Part shown: one piece after another, positions 17,177 through 26,873 of the stretch
How the letters are laid out: the number at the start of each line of letters is the position of its first letter
How positions within the stretch are numbered: the stretch's first letter is position 1
NCBI GenBank assembly: GCA_034721935.1
Contig: JAYENE010000125.1
Coordinates: 1-44,643 of the forward strand
Direction: 5' to 3'
DNA from: Thermodesulfobacteriota bacterium
GTDB lineage: Bacteria > Desulfobacterota > Desulfobacteria > Desulfobacterales > ETH-SRB1
Length of the DNA stretch: 44,643 nt
Made by a program: the position numbers and the translations under genes
The notes under the pieces: generated by a model
The model's database searches: none
What the model was told of the DNA's origin: nothing
Seen by the model: only the letters and a program-made list of their open reading frames with translations

Positions 17177-18384
17177 TAGTACAAAAATTTGGCGGTACTT
17201 CAGTAGCCGATTTTGAGCGGATCCGTAATGTAGCAAAGCGGGTCGCAAAAACCTTTGACCAGGGCAATGACGTAGTCGTTGTGCTTTCAGCCATGGCAGG
17301 TGTCACAGACAGCTTGATCAACATGGCAAATCAGGTTGCTGTTTCACCGGATAAGCGCGAGCTGGATGTTTTGCTGGCCACAGGTGAGCAGACAACCGCG
17401 GCTCTTCTGGCGATGACCTTGCAATCAATGAGTTATCCGGCTAAATCCATATTAGGGTATCAGGCAGAAATTATTACCAACCGCAATTATGGCGGTGCCC
17501 GTATCGTTGAAATAGGAGCCGATCGTATAAAGAAGCTTATTGGAAGACGCAATATAGTAGTGATTGCAGGATTTCAGGGATGTGACCCTGAAGGCAACAT
17601 AACGACTCTTGGACGTGGCGGCTCAGACACATCTGCTGTGGCAATAACTGCTGCGCTTAATGCGGACAAATGTGAAATATTTACAGATGTGGACGGCATA
17701 TATACTGCGGACCCCAATATCTGCGAGAAGGCAAGAAAACTTAACGCAATCTCTTATGATGAAATGCTTGAAATGTCGAGCCTTGGCGCCAAGGTGTTGC
17801 AGATTCGATCTGTTGAATTTGCCAAAAAATATAATGTTCCTGTGCATGTAAGATCATCATTCAGCGAGGAGGAAGGCACAATGGTTGTTAATGAAGATTC
17901 TGTTATGGAACGTCTAATCGTATCAGGTATAACTCACAGTAAAGATGCTGCCCGTATAACCCTGAAAAAGGTTCCGGATCAATCCGGGGTAGCTGCAAAG
18001 ATTTTTTCACCCATTGCCGACGCAAAAATACTGGTGGATATGATTATCCAGAACACCCGCGCCCAAGGGCTGACCGACCTTACGTTTACTGTTTCAAAAA
18101 AGGATTTCAGGAAGGCGCTGGAAATAGAAAAGCAGGTAGCAGAGGAGATCGGCGCTGAAAAGGTATTTGGCGACGAAAATATCGCAAAGGTATCTGTTAC
18201 CGGCGTTGGGATGAGGAGTCATTCAGGGGTAGCGTCAAAGATGTTTTCAATTCTGGCTGATGAAAATATTAATATCCTGATGATAAGCACATCAGAGATC
18301 AGGATTTCCTGTATAATAGAAGAAAAGTATTCGAAGCTGGCCTTGCGTACTCTTCACAAGGCATTTGGGCTGGATAAGGATTAG
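17167..18384 (+). CDS. lysC: Aspartate kinase
   Basis: IVQKFGGTSVADFERI, GRGGSDTSAV and two C-terminal ACT-like repeats. It overlaps tsaE by 10 nt. Confidence 0.92.
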   Translation: MGIIVQKFGGTSVADFERIRNVAKRVAKTFDQGNDVVVVLSAMAGVTDSLINMANQVAVSPDKRELDVLLATGEQTTAALLAMTLQSMSYPAKSILGYQAEIITNRNYGGARIVEIGADRIKKLIGRRNIVVIAGFQGCDPEGNITTLGRGGSDTSAVAITAALNADKCEIFTDVDGIYTADPNICEKARKLNAISYDEMLEMSSLGAKVLQIRSVEFAKKYNVPVHVRSSFSEEEGTMVVNEDSVMERLIVSGITHSKDAARITLKKVPDQSGVAAKIFSPIADAKILVDMIIQNTRAQGLTDLTFTVSKKDFRKALEIEKQVAEEIGAEKVFGDENIAKVSVTGVGMRSHSGVASKMFSILADENINILMISTSEIRISCIIEEKYSKLALRTLHKAFGLDKD

Positions 18385-18392
18385 AAAGGACA

Positions 18393-18450
18393 GAGGTCGG
18401 AGGTCGGAGGTCGGAGGTCGGAGAACCAGTAACCTATGAACCCTGAACTT
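18393..18450. repeat. Heptamer array GAGGTCG x4 followed by TGAACCCTGAAC
   Basis: gaggtcg is repeated four times at 18393-18420, 9 nt after the lysC stop. It is followed by gaaccagtaacctatgaaccctgaactt. Confidence 0.85.
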
Positions 18451-18498
18451 CAAAATCATCGTGTGTTTGGTAAAAAAAGCAGGTCTGGAGAATAAAAA

Positions 18499-19809
18499 AT
18501 GATAACATTTAAGTCTCTTTGTTCGGGTAAGGATAAAATTGCCGTAGTAGGTCTGGGATATGTAGGACTTCCTTTGGCTGTCAAGATGTCGAAACATTTT
18601 GAAGTGATCGGCTATGATCTTAAATCTGATAGAATTAAGGAGCTTGAGTCCGGCATTGACCGGACAATGGAAGTTTCAAAGGAGGCTCTGCGCAGCGCAA
18701 AGATACTGTTTACAAGTAAACCTGAAAATCTTTCCTTGTGCAGGCTCATTATTGTTGCCGTGCCCACGCCGATTGACGAGCATCGCATTCCGGATTTAAC
18801 GCCGCTTTGCGGGGCTTCGGAAACTGTCGGCAGATACATGCAGAAAGGGTCGTGCATAGTGTTTGAATCTACAGTATATCCAGGCGCCACAGAAGAGGTT
18901 TGCCTCCCCATTATGGAGAGGGAGTCAGGATTGAAATATGGCATAGATTTTACGCTCGGTTATTCGCCGGAACGTATAAATCCCGGGGATAAGGAGCATT
19001 CACTTGAAAACATAGTAAAGATCGTTTCAGGAACCGATCAGGATACTGTCAGGCTTTTATCCAATGTTTACGGAAAGGTTGTAAAGGCCGGGATACACTC
19101 TGTTTCTTCGATCAAGGTGGGTGAAGCGGCAAAGGTTATTGAGAATACGCAAAGGGATATAAATATAGCCCTTGTCAATGAGCTTGCGATGATTTTTCAT
19201 AAAATGGGAATAGATACTGAGGAGGTTCTTGAGGCTGCCGGAACCAAATGGAACTTTCTTCCATTTAAGCCTGGCCTTGTTGGAGGGCACTGCATAGGGA
19301 TTGATCCCTACTATTTGACCTTTAAGGCCGAGTCACTTGGGTACCATCCTGAAATGATATTAGCCGGACGCAGGATAAACGACTGTATGGGCAAATATGT
19401 GGCAGAGCAGGCCGTAAAGCTGCTTGTGCTGGCGGGGAAACGGGTTAAGGCCGTAAAGGTGGCTGTTTTAGGTGTTACTTTCAAGGAGGATATACCGGAT
19501 ATCAGAAACAGCAAGGTAGTTGATATAGTACATGAACTCAAAACTTACGGGATTAAAGTTCTGGTGCACGATCCTCTTGCAAATGCCAAAGAGCTTAAAA
19601 AATATTACAGGCTTGACTTGCGAAGCATGAAAACCCTTGAAGGGGTTGATGCGGTTATAGTAACGGTTGGGCACAGTTATTATAAGGAGCTTGGTCTTTC
19701 AAAAATTGCCGGTTTATGCCAAAACAAAGCGCCGATTGTTATAGATATTAAAGGGGCCTTTAGTCAGAATGCGGCAAAGAAAATGAATATAACATACTGG
19801 AGGCTTTAG
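18499..19809 (+). CDS. Nucleotide-sugar dehydrogenase (UDP-N-acetyl-hexosamine dehydrogenase type, TviB/WbpO/CapL-like)
   Basis: N-terminal Rossmann motif KIAVVGLGYVGLPLAV, ESTVYPGATEE, GYSPERINPGD and the catalytic region GGHCIGIDP. Confidence 0.85.
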   Translation: MITFKSLCSGKDKIAVVGLGYVGLPLAVKMSKHFEVIGYDLKSDRIKELESGIDRTMEVSKEALRSAKILFTSKPENLSLCRLIIVAVPTPIDEHRIPDLTPLCGASETVGRYMQKGSCIVFESTVYPGATEEVCLPIMERESGLKYGIDFTLGYSPERINPGDKEHSLENIVKIVSGTDQDTVRLLSNVYGKVVKAGIHSVSSIKVGEAAKVIENTQRDINIALVNELAMIFHKMGIDTEEVLEAAGTKWNFLPFKPGLVGGHCIGIDPYYLTFKAESLGYHPEMILAGRRINDCMGKYVAEQAVKLLVLAGKRVKAVKVAVLGVTFKEDIPDIRNSKVVDIVHELKTYGIKVLVHDPLANAKELKKYYRLDLRSMKTLEGVDAVIVTVGHSYYKELGLSKIAGLCQNKAPIVIDIKGAFSQNAAKKMNITYWRL

Positions 19810-19852
19810 CCCGTCCCATAATCTACTAAATTAATTAACCGGAGCTGTTTTT

Positions 19853-20587
19853 ATGATTCAGACTGATTTAATCAACATGATATCTAACGCCGGTCTTATG
19901 GTGCAGTTTGTGCTGCTTATCCTGCTTTTTTTTTCCATTACATCATGGGCCATTATAATAATTAAATATCGATATATAAAAAGGGCATTTAAAGAGTCGG
20001 CATATTTCACAGATTTCTTCTGGAAAAGCCGAGATCTTTCCGATGCTTTTGCAAAGGGTAAACATCTTCATGCCAGTCCCATTGCGAAAGTCTTCCGTGT
20101 GGGGTATGTTGAGCTTGAAAAGCTGAGCCGTTCCGGCGTTTCGATAACATCTCAATCACAGTTATCACCTGAGGCTGAAATTACATCATTGAGCGCGGAA
20201 TTCGCAGGCATAGACAATGTCAAGAGAGCCATGCGCCGGGCCATTAATACAGAGACAACGCAAATGGCGCAACTTGTTCCTTTCCTTGCCACAACCGGGA
20301 ATACAACACCTTTTATCGGTTTGTTCGGCACAGTATGGGGCATAATGAATTCTTTTCATGGTATTGGACTCAGAGGTTCCGCGAGTTTGGCTGTTGTAGC
20401 TCCTGGAATTTCCGAGGCGCTTATTGCGACTGCGGCAGGTTTGGCTGTGGCAATACCGGCGGTTATTGCTTTTAATTATTTTATGCAGAAGATAACAATT
20501 ATCGAGACCGAACTCCAAAGTTTTGCCGCAGATTTTCTTAATATTATTGAACGAGACATATTAAGCGAAAAGGAGGGTGGTAAATGA
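19853..20587 (+). CDS. tolQ: Tol-Pal system protein TolQ (MotA/TolQ/ExbB channel)
   Basis: 244 aa with three TM segments and the conserved C-terminal LA.VAPGISEALIATAAGL. It is first in the tolQRAB-pal order. Confidence 0.88.
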   Translation: MIQTDLINMISNAGLMVQFVLLILLFFSITSWAIIIIKYRYIKRAFKESAYFTDFFWKSRDLSDAFAKGKHLHASPIAKVFRVGYVELEKLSRSGVSITSQSQLSPEAEITSLSAEFAGIDNVKRAMRRAINTETTQMAQLVPFLATTGNTTPFIGLFGTVWGIMNSFHGIGLRGSASLAVVAPGISEALIATAAGLAVAIPAVIAFNYFMQKITIIETELQSFAADFLNIIERDILSEKEGGK

Positions 20588-21021
20588 CATTTGGTGGCAA
20601 CAATAACCGGCTTATGTCAGATATAAATGTGACTCCGTTTGTTGACGTTATGTTAGTTCTGTTGATCATTTTTATGGTAACCGCACCCATGATGATGCAA
20701 GGAGTAGATGTTTCTTTGCCAAAAACAACCTCGGAGCCTCTTCCTTCTAAAAAAGATCACATTATTATTACTATCGACAGCAGTAATCGGATATATATTA
20801 ATGATTACCACGTGACGCTTGACTTTCTTAAAGAGAAACTAATAAAAATTTTTCAAGGCCGTAGAGACCGTGAGGTTTACCTGCGGGCTGACAAAGGAAT
20901 CCCTTATGGGGTGGTAATCCATGTTATGTCGGAGATAAAGGGGGCCGGGATTGAGAGATTAGGCATGGTGACAGAGCCGATTATCGATGCGAACAAAAAG
21001 AAAAAAGCTAATGGCAAATGA
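20584..21021 (+). CDS. tolR: TolR (ExbD/TolR family)
   Basis: 145 aa with SDINVTPFVDVMLVLLIIFMV, including the conserved Asp in the TM helix. The start overlaps the tolQ stop by 4 nt. Confidence 0.88.
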   Translation: MTFGGNNNRLMSDINVTPFVDVMLVLLIIFMVTAPMMMQGVDVSLPKTTSEPLPSKKDHIIITIDSSNRIYINDYHVTLDFLKEKLIKIFQGRRDREVYLRADKGIPYGVVIHVMSEIKGAGIERLGMVTEPIIDANKKKKANGK

Positions 21022-21905
21022 AAGAAAATTTAAAACATCATGCTTATTTGCTTCATGTAATGGAAGAGGAGCAGCGCGCCCTGTTTTTTACTTTTGTTAT
21101 TTCTACGATATTACATCTGATTTTTTTTGCGGCTTTGATTTTTGTGCCAAGCCCCAAGCCATATAAACATTTTTCTTCTTCTGTTATAAATGTCAGTATG
21201 GTTGCATTGCCTGGTCAGAAGAAAATGCCAGGCCCAGGCAGGCAGGCCGGTTTTGAGCTGGAAAAAGAAATTGTAAAACCCGAAAAGGCATTGGTTTCCA
21301 AGAGTTTACCTGTAACAGTCGCAAAAACTAATCGAGATTCCTCGAAAGCCATTTCTGTAAGCCCTAAAAGAAAGAGGATAAAAAAGTCGCTCAAAAAAAA
21401 GACTTTTAAATCTTCGAGGGTTGTGAAAAGTGTTATTGCGCGAGTTGAAAAGAAGGTTGAGGAGGCAAGGCCAAATCCTGTTGCCGAGGCAATTGACCGT
21501 TTAAAAAATAAAGTGGCGAGTGGCCGTCAAGAGCCTCTATCAAAAACAGGCGTGGCGTCATCTTCTACCGGCGTACTGGGCGGTTCGGGGGGCGGCGAAA
21601 AAAAAGCGCTTGAATTAATAGATATATATAGAGCGCAAATTTCATATTATATTGAAAAAAACTGGGCTTTTTCCAAGCAGTTGGCTGGGGAACGTATTGA
21701 TTTGGCGGCTGTGGTGGTGATTAGGATTATGCGAAACGGCGAGATTAAAGATGTCTGGTTTGAAAAAAAGTCAGGCAATACCTACTTTGATGAGTCTGCC
21801 TATAAGGCCGTTATGAAATCAAATCCGCTTCCCATGCTTCCAAAAGGATATTTGCGTCCGTATTATAATCTTGGCCTGATTTTTACTCCATCAGGCTTAC
21901 GTTAA
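21018..21905 (+). CDS. tolA: TolA (TonB_C-type C-terminal domain)
   Basis: N-terminal TM helix, Lys-rich linker and a C-terminal domain (...YYIEKNWAF...VVIRIMRNGEI..V.FEKKSGN..FDESAYKAVMKSNPLPMLP). Position between tolR and tolB supports the call. Confidence 0.75.
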   Translation: MKENLKHHAYLLHVMEEEQRALFFTFVISTILHLIFFAALIFVPSPKPYKHFSSSVINVSMVALPGQKKMPGPGRQAGFELEKEIVKPEKALVSKSLPVTVAKTNRDSSKAISVSPKRKRIKKSLKKKTFKSSRVVKSVIARVEKKVEEARPNPVAEAIDRLKNKVASGRQEPLSKTGVASSSTGVLGGSGGGEKKALELIDIYRAQISYYIEKNWAFSKQLAGERIDLAAVVVIRIMRNGEIKDVWFEKKSGNTYFDESAYKAVMKSNPLPMLPKGYLRPYYNLGLIFTPSGLR

Positions 21906-21916
21906 CAGCGAACTTA

Positions 21917-22073
21917 GGGTTCGCACAAAAATAAGTTCGCAATTTTAAGTGTTGAGGCGCACGGCTGGCAAGGCGCGAAAGCGCAGGAATATCAGGCATA
22001 TTCCGAGCTTTCGCAACGCAGCCAGGCGGGATGCATCGGCGCTTAAAATGTGAAGTTATTTTTGAGCGAGGCC
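21917..22073. mobile_element. 157-bp MITE family A, copy 2 (diverged)
   Basis: Same length and architecture as copies 1 and 3. TTA is duplicated at 21914-21916 and 22074-22076. It sits 9 nt after the tolA stop. Confidence 0.7.
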
Positions 22074-22136
22074 TTAGTTTGCTTCGCTACACAATTGGAG
22101 TATTGGAGCAATGGAGTACTGGAAGGCAGATAGAAA

Positions 22137-22566
22137 TTTGAACTTATAAAATTCCAAATTTCAAGCATCAAATTACAAATAAATCCCCTGTCTGCGCCTG
22201 CCTGTGCGTTGCACGCAGACAGGTGCGGACACGCACAGGCAGGCAAATCTCAATATTCAATAACCCAAAAAGCTTCGCTTTGCATTTAGCTATTAGCTAT
22301 TGGCTATTGGCTATTGGCTATTGGCTAAAAGTAGCCAATAGCTCTTTCATATACGGGTTCCTGCTGCGACAGTGCGCAAGCACGGCGAGTGGGATTTTGA
22401 ACCTGCCCGCAATGCCTTTGTATGGATTTACACAAGTATCATAATCAGGCGCCTACCAACGTGCTTTTACAGTTAATGTAATTACAACGCATGGCAGGCG
22501 GGTTTTGGTCACGCGCAGCGCAGGCGCTTGCGCCGCGTGTTGTAATTTATTTGTGATTTGTTATTT
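22137..22566. repeat. Bipartite AT-rich element G (tol copy) with other repeats nested between its arms
   Basis: The left arm TTTGAACTTATAAAATTCCAAATTTCAAGCATCAAATTACAAATAAATCCC (22137-22187) and the right arm ATGGCAGGCGGGTTTTGGT...TGTAATTTATTTGTGATTTG (22491-22566) match the arms at 37077-37127 and 37183-37230. Confidence 0.7.
22288..22342. repeat. Heptamer array (A/G)GCTATT x5 with inverted tail
   Basis: The array agctatt agctatt ggctatt ggctatt ggctatt ggcta lies at 22288-22327 and is followed by aaagTAGCCAATAGC. Confidence 0.85.
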
Positions 22567-22624
22567 AGAATTTGTAATGGGAGAGAATGAAAAAAAGAAA
22601 TTCCTATGCAATCGAGATATTATA

Positions 22625-23983
22625 ATGTTTATGAAACGTGTTAACAAATTGCGGGCATGGCCCGCTTATATTATCTTCCTGGTTATGACGGCATGCTTTT
22701 TGATTTGCCCGGCTTTGTGCCTGTCAGAATATGATTATGTTGATATAAACAGTCCTTTTCTGAGAAAGATACCGATTGCAATTCCATTATTTAAGACCAC
22801 GGCTAAAAGCCGGGCTGAGAAACGCTTGTCTGAAAAGGCTTCTGATCTGCTTTCTGAAACTTTGGAATTTACAGGTTATTTCAAAATGCTTGACCGGGAT
22901 GCGTTTCTCGTTGATCCTGAAAAATCTGATATAACCGCTTTAAGCATCAATTTTCAGAACTGGACAAGCATCGGCGCTGAGCTTTTAATAACCGGAAGTC
23001 TCCAGGTTAAGGATGATATCCTTGACATGAAACTCATGTTGTATGATACCTTTAAATCAAGCAAATCAAGATTGCTTGTTGGTAAAAGATACAGAGGCTG
23101 GATAAATGATCAACGGAAAATGATACACCGTTTTTGCAACGATGTTATTTTTTGTCTAACCGGAAAAAAAGGTATTTTTGATAGTAAAATAGCTTTTATC
23201 TCAACAGGCTCAGGGAATAAGGAGATATACATATGCGAATTTGACGGTTACAATCCGACCCAAAAAACTCATAATAAAAATATCACACTTTCTCCGGCAT
23301 GGTCGTATGACGGAAAATGGATTGCTTACACTGCTTACAAAAAAGGCAGACCTGATCTTTACATAGAGCATTTAAAGGAAAAACGCGGCTTTGTAGTCGA
23401 AAAAAAAGGTATTAATGTTACACCGGCCTGGGTTCCTGGTAAATTTGCGCTGGCTGCGACTCTTTCTTTTTCAGGTGATCCGGAAATTTATATGTTGACC
23501 GGAACCGGTAAAATTATTAAGAAATTGACTAACAAAAGGGGAATTGATGTGTCCCCTTCGTGGTCTCCGGACGGTAAAAAGATGGCCTTTGTGTCAAACA
23601 GATCCGGAACGCCGCAGATTTATATCAAGGATATTGATTCCGGAAACGTCAAAAGATTGACTTTTCAGGGTCGATACAATACATCACCAAGCTGGTCTCC
23701 AAATGGAGACAAGATAGCCTATTGTGGCGCGGAAAACGGAGCGTTTAATATCTATGTAATTGGTATTGATGGCAATGACCCGCTTCAATTGACCTTTAAT
23801 GAAGGAGATAACGAGTCCCCTTCATGGTCTCCGGACGGAAGCCTTATCGCTTTTAGCTCGAACAGAGAGGGTCATCATAGGATTTATGTTATGAGCGCTT
23901 ATGGCACCGATCAGAGGTCTTTGCTCGCCCTGCCGGGTGAGCAAACAAATCCGAGATGGTCGCCAGGCACAGTAAGCAATTAA
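22625..23983 (+). CDS. tolB: Tol-Pal beta-propeller protein TolB
   Basis: Signal peptide [30 protein letters not shown], followed by repeated [16 protein letters not shown] propeller blades. The ORF-track start at 22505 lies inside a repeat and is rejected; ATG 22631 is an alternative. Confidence 0.88.
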   Translation: MFMKRVNKLRAWPAYIIFLVMTACFLICPALCLSEYDYVDINSPFLRKIPIAIPLFKTTAKSRAEKRLSEKASDLLSETLEFTGYFKMLDRDAFLVDPEKSDITALSINFQNWTSIGAELLITGSLQVKDDILDMKLMLYDTFKSSKSRLLVGKRYRGWINDQRKMIHRFCNDVIFCLTGKKGIFDSKIAFISTGSGNKEIYICEFDGYNPTQKTHNKNITLSPAWSYDGKWIAYTAYKKGRPDLYIEHLKEKRGFVVEKKGINVTPAWVPGKFALAATLSFSGDPEIYMLTGTGKIIKKLTNKRGIDVSPSWSPDGKKMAFVSNRSGTPQIYIKDIDSGNVKRLTFQGRYNTSPSWSPNGDKIAYCGAENGAFNIYVIGIDGNDPLQLTFNEGDNESPSWSPDGSLIAFSSNREGHHRIYVMSAYGTDQRSLLALPGEQTNPRWSPGTVSN

Positions 23984-24015
23984 AATATGGCAGACTTATA
24001 ATAAAGGAGGAAAAA

Positions 24016-24621
24016 ATGCGAAAAAAATTGTGGATAAGTTTAGTTTTATTGCTGGTAATCCCTGGATTGCTGTGTATTGCTTCATGCGCTAAAAAGGTTC
24101 TTAAGGTTGAGCCTGCTGAGGTTGTGTCGGCTGAGGATGAAGCGGCAATAAAGGCTGCCGCCGAAGCGGCTGAAAGAGCAAAACAGGAAGAACTGGCAAA
24201 GCAGCGGGCTATTGAGGAGCAGCGTCTGAAAGAGGAGCAGCGTCTGAAAGGGGAGCAGGCGATGCGTAAGAAGATAGCTGCCAGGAATATGTTCATTAAT
24301 GAAAATATTCATTTTGACTTTGACAAGTATAATCTTCTTCCTTTGGCCCGGAAGATTTTAAAGAGAAAAGCAGATTGGCTGTGGAATAATTCCGACGTGT
24401 CCGTGATTATTGAGGGGCATTGTGATGAACGCGGCGCCAATGAGTACAACCTTGCTCTTGGAGACAGGCGGGCCGAAAGCGCAAGAGCCTACCTGATCAA
24501 TCTCGGTATTGCCGGCTCTCGACTGACAACTGTAAGCTATGGTGAAGAACGTCCTGTAGATCCCGGCCACAATGAAACTGCCTGGGCAAAAAACAGGCGG
24601 GCCCATTTCACGATAGAATAG
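24016..24621 (+). CDS. pal: Peptidoglycan-associated lipoprotein Pal (OmpA-like)
   Basis: AAGGAGG lies 6 nt upstream of ATG 24016. Lipobox LLCIASC and the OmpA-like core [11 protein letters not shown]...[20 protein letters not shown] are present. The linker contains an in-frame 18-bp duplication (EEQRLK x2). Confidence 0.9.
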   Translation: MRKKLWISLVLLLVIPGLLCIASCAKKVLKVEPAEVVSAEDEAAIKAAAEAAERAKQEELAKQRAIEEQRLKEEQRLKGEQAMRKKIAARNMFINENIHFDFDKYNLLPLARKILKRKADWLWNNSDVSVIIEGHCDERGANEYNLALGDRRAESARAYLINLGIAGSRLTTVSYGEERPVDPGHNETAWAKNRRAHFTIE

Positions 24622-24632
24622 GTTAACACTCT

Positions 24633-24656
24633 AATTGAGCTTTGGCTCAATTTTGG
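24633..24656 (+). terminator. Weak hairpin plus T-tract after pal
   Basis: AATTGAGC-tttg-GCTCAATT is followed by TTGG, giving a T-run of 4 that lies partly in the stem. The stem is AT-rich, so at best this is an attenuating terminator upstream of cpoB. Confidence 0.25.
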
Positions 24657-24830
24657 TCATTGAATATCGAATGTCGAAGTGACCCCCTTCGTAATTCTGC
24701 GGTTCCTTGTTCGATATTCTGCGGTTCAGAAAAAGTACTTATAAAACAAGTAGTTACTATTTCCACCTGTGTCATGTGTGTCCAAATGTCAGCCCCTCAA
24801 GCGGGGAATTTAAAGGAGTTTCTTAAGTTA

Positions 24831-25739
24831 ATGACATTGATGTCTGCTATGAAAATCATTGTTTTATTTATTGCCTGTCTTGCACTTTTGTGCGGGTGCG
24901 CGATGCAGCAGGATGTTATAGCGCTCTATGATCGTACGACTGTTCTTGAACAGCATTGTGAAAATTTAGAGCAACGTAATATTAAGCTGGAAAAAGACAG
25001 CGCTCAGCTTAAATACCTGATGCAGGAATACATAAAAAAACAGGAAGTAAAGGAGCATTGCCATAGAACCAGGTCTGCAGATATGCATGTCATGTTAGAC
25101 GGGCTCAGAGAGGAAATCCAGATCTTAAACGGAAAACTTGAAGAGACCGAATACCTGTTAAAACGGAAAATAGTGGCTCTTGAAGATGTGGAAGCAAAGA
25201 GAAAGAATATTTTAGATAAAATTGAAAAAAAATCGACTTTAAATCACGATCGCATTGTAAATATACAGGAATATCTTAATTTAGAGTCTTCACGCCCTGA
25301 TTCAAAAATCAAGGCTGTGGGCAAAACCGATCCGCTCCGCCAGAGCACTTTGGCGGACTCTGGCGGATCGGAAAATAAAGTTTACGGATCGGCTAAACAG
25401 GCATTTGATCAGGGTGATTTTGAGGCCGCTCGCGAGGAGTTTCAAAGAATAATAAAGCAATATCCAAAATCACGGCATGCTGACAACGCACAATTCTGGA
25501 TCGGCGAAATATACTATCGTGAGAAATGGTATGAAAAAGCGATATTGGAATACCAGAAGGTAATAGAAAAATATCCGAAAGGCAACAAGGTGCCGGCCTC
25601 TCTTTTGAAACAGGGATTTGCCTTTTTAAATCTCGGAGAAAAGGCAAATGCCCGTCTTATTTTGAATGAATTGGTTGCAAAACACCCGAAATCAAATGAA
25701 GCCAAAATAGCAAAACAGAAATTAAAGAGGTTGAAATAA
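24831..25739 (+). CDS. cpoB: Tol-Pal system protein CpoB/YbgF
   Basis: AAGGAG lies 12 nt upstream of ATG 24831. Signal/lipobox ALLCGCA, a coiled-coil middle region, and C-terminal TPR repeats (AKQAFDQGDFEAAREEFQRIIKQYPKSRHADNAQFWIGEIYY...). The ORF-track start at 24642 lies in repeat DNA. Confidence 0.85.
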   Translation: MTLMSAMKIIVLFIACLALLCGCAMQQDVIALYDRTTVLEQHCENLEQRNIKLEKDSAQLKYLMQEYIKKQEVKEHCHRTRSADMHVMLDGLREEIQILNGKLEETEYLLKRKIVALEDVEAKRKNILDKIEKKSTLNHDRIVNIQEYLNLESSRPDSKIKAVGKTDPLRQSTLADSGGSENKVYGSAKQAFDQGDFEAAREEFQRIIKQYPKSRHADNAQFWIGEIYYREKWYEKAILEYQKVIEKYPKGNKVPASLLKQGFAFLNLGEKANARLILNELVAKHPKSNEAKIAKQKLKRLK

Positions 25740-26230
25740 AAAACACAGCGATTAAGATCATCGGCATAGATCCCGGCCTGGCCTCGACCGGCATCGGCAT
25801 AGTCAGAGGAACGAAGCTTAAGATTGAAGGCTATTCCTATGGCAGCATAAACACTTCAAAAAAAAATTCATTGCCAAATCGCCTCGATCAAATCTTTTCA
25901 AAACTTCTTACTATTTTAAAACATGAAAACCCGGATCTTATGGTTGTAGAGGATATATTTTCTCTTCAGAAATATCCAAACTCGGGCATAACCTTGGGGA
26001 AGGTTACAGGTGTAATTCTTCTTGCAGGATACCAGGTTGATGTGGCCGTGACCGAGGTTCCGGTCCGTGAGGCCAAACAGGTTTTGACAGGCAACGGTAA
26101 TGCCAGTAAAATGCAGCTCGAAAGGGCGGTCAGACATTTTTTAAATTTGACGACACCGATTAAGCCGTATCATGCTTCTGATGCAATTGGTTTAGCCCTT
26201 ATAGGTCTTTTTCGATATGAAGGAATTTAA
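25736..26230 (+). CDS. ruvC: Holliday junction resolvase RuvC (non-canonical start codon)
   Basis: The frame is open from 25700 and reads (I)KNTAIKIIGIDPGLASTGIGIV...VVEDIF...HASDAIGLA, with all RuvC acidic catalytic positions. The first in-frame ATG/GTG/TTG (25871) lies after the catalytic GIDPG Asp. Candidate starts are ATA 25736 (overlaps the cpoB TAA; AAGAGG 6 nt upstream) or ATT 25751. Confidence 0.8.
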   Translation: MKNTAIKIIGIDPGLASTGIGIVRGTKLKIEGYSYGSINTSKKNSLPNRLDQIFSKLLTILKHENPDLMVVEDIFSLQKYPNSGITLGKVTGVILLAGYQVDVAVTEVPVREAKQVLTGNGNASKMQLERAVRHFLNLTTPIKPYHASDAIGLALIGLFRYEGI

Positions 26231-26238
26231 GAACTATT

Positions 26239-26859
26239 ATGATAGGTTATATTGAAGGAAAGCTGCTGAAAAAAGAGGATGAGCGCATTCTTCTTCTTGC
26301 CAATCAGGTTGGATATGAGATTTTGCTTCCTGCATTTGTGATGGAAACTGTCCAGTCAAAGAACATTGGTGAAGGACTTTCTTTTTATATTTATTATCAA
26401 CAGACAGAAAGACAACCAAAGCCTGTATTGATCGGTTTTAATCTTGAGGTGGAAAGAGAATTTTTCAAGTATTTTATTTCTGTTGAAGGTATCGGGCCAT
26501 TAAAAGCAGTTAAAGCGCTGACTATTCCTGTGCGTGAAATAGCAAGAGCCATTGAATCAAAAGATGTTGCTATACTAAACCGATTAAATGGTATCGGTAA
26601 CAGAACAGCTCAAAAAATCATCGCCACCCTTGAAGGCAAGATGAATAAATTCGCATTAATCCGCAAAACAGAAAAGGAGCGGGAAGAGATGCCTGTTATG
26701 CGAGATTTTTCAAAGCAGGTGCTTGATGTGCTTGTCAGCCAGTTAGGTTACAGGGCTGCTGATGCCAGGAAAATGATTTCAGAAGCTGTGAAACGTAACA
26801 TAAATATATTAACGCCTGAAGAGCTCATCGAAGAGGTATATCGCGGCGAAAAGAATTAG
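26239..26859 (+). CDS. ruvA: Holliday junction helicase subunit RuvA
   Basis: [31 protein letters not shown], a helix-hairpin-helix region (GIGPLKA...[12 protein letters not shown]) and a C-terminal domain III. Confidence 0.92.
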   Translation: MIGYIEGKLLKKEDERILLLANQVGYEILLPAFVMETVQSKNIGEGLSFYIYYQQTERQPKPVLIGFNLEVEREFFKYFISVEGIGPLKAVKALTIPVREIARAIESKDVAILNRLNGIGNRTAQKIIATLEGKMNKFALIRKTEKEREEMPVMRDFSKQVLDVLVSQLGYRAADARKMISEAVKRNINILTPEELIEEVYRGEKN

Positions 26860-26873
26860 GCCTAACCATAATT

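Noticed and set aside
24219-24254. In-frame 18-bp tandem duplication in pal (EEQRLK x2), and a similar short repeat in 30786-31730 (AGVEAEAGVEAGVE)
   Set aside because: This is ordinary low-complexity linker variation, so neither repeat is listed among the findings.
25330-25375. Palindromic segment gatccgctccgccagag...ctctggcggatc inside cpoB, considered as a repeat insertion within coding sequence
   Set aside because: The frame is uninterrupted and the segment encodes a plausible flexible linker (DPLRQSTLADSGGSENK). A single occurrence is not enough evidence for an insertion.
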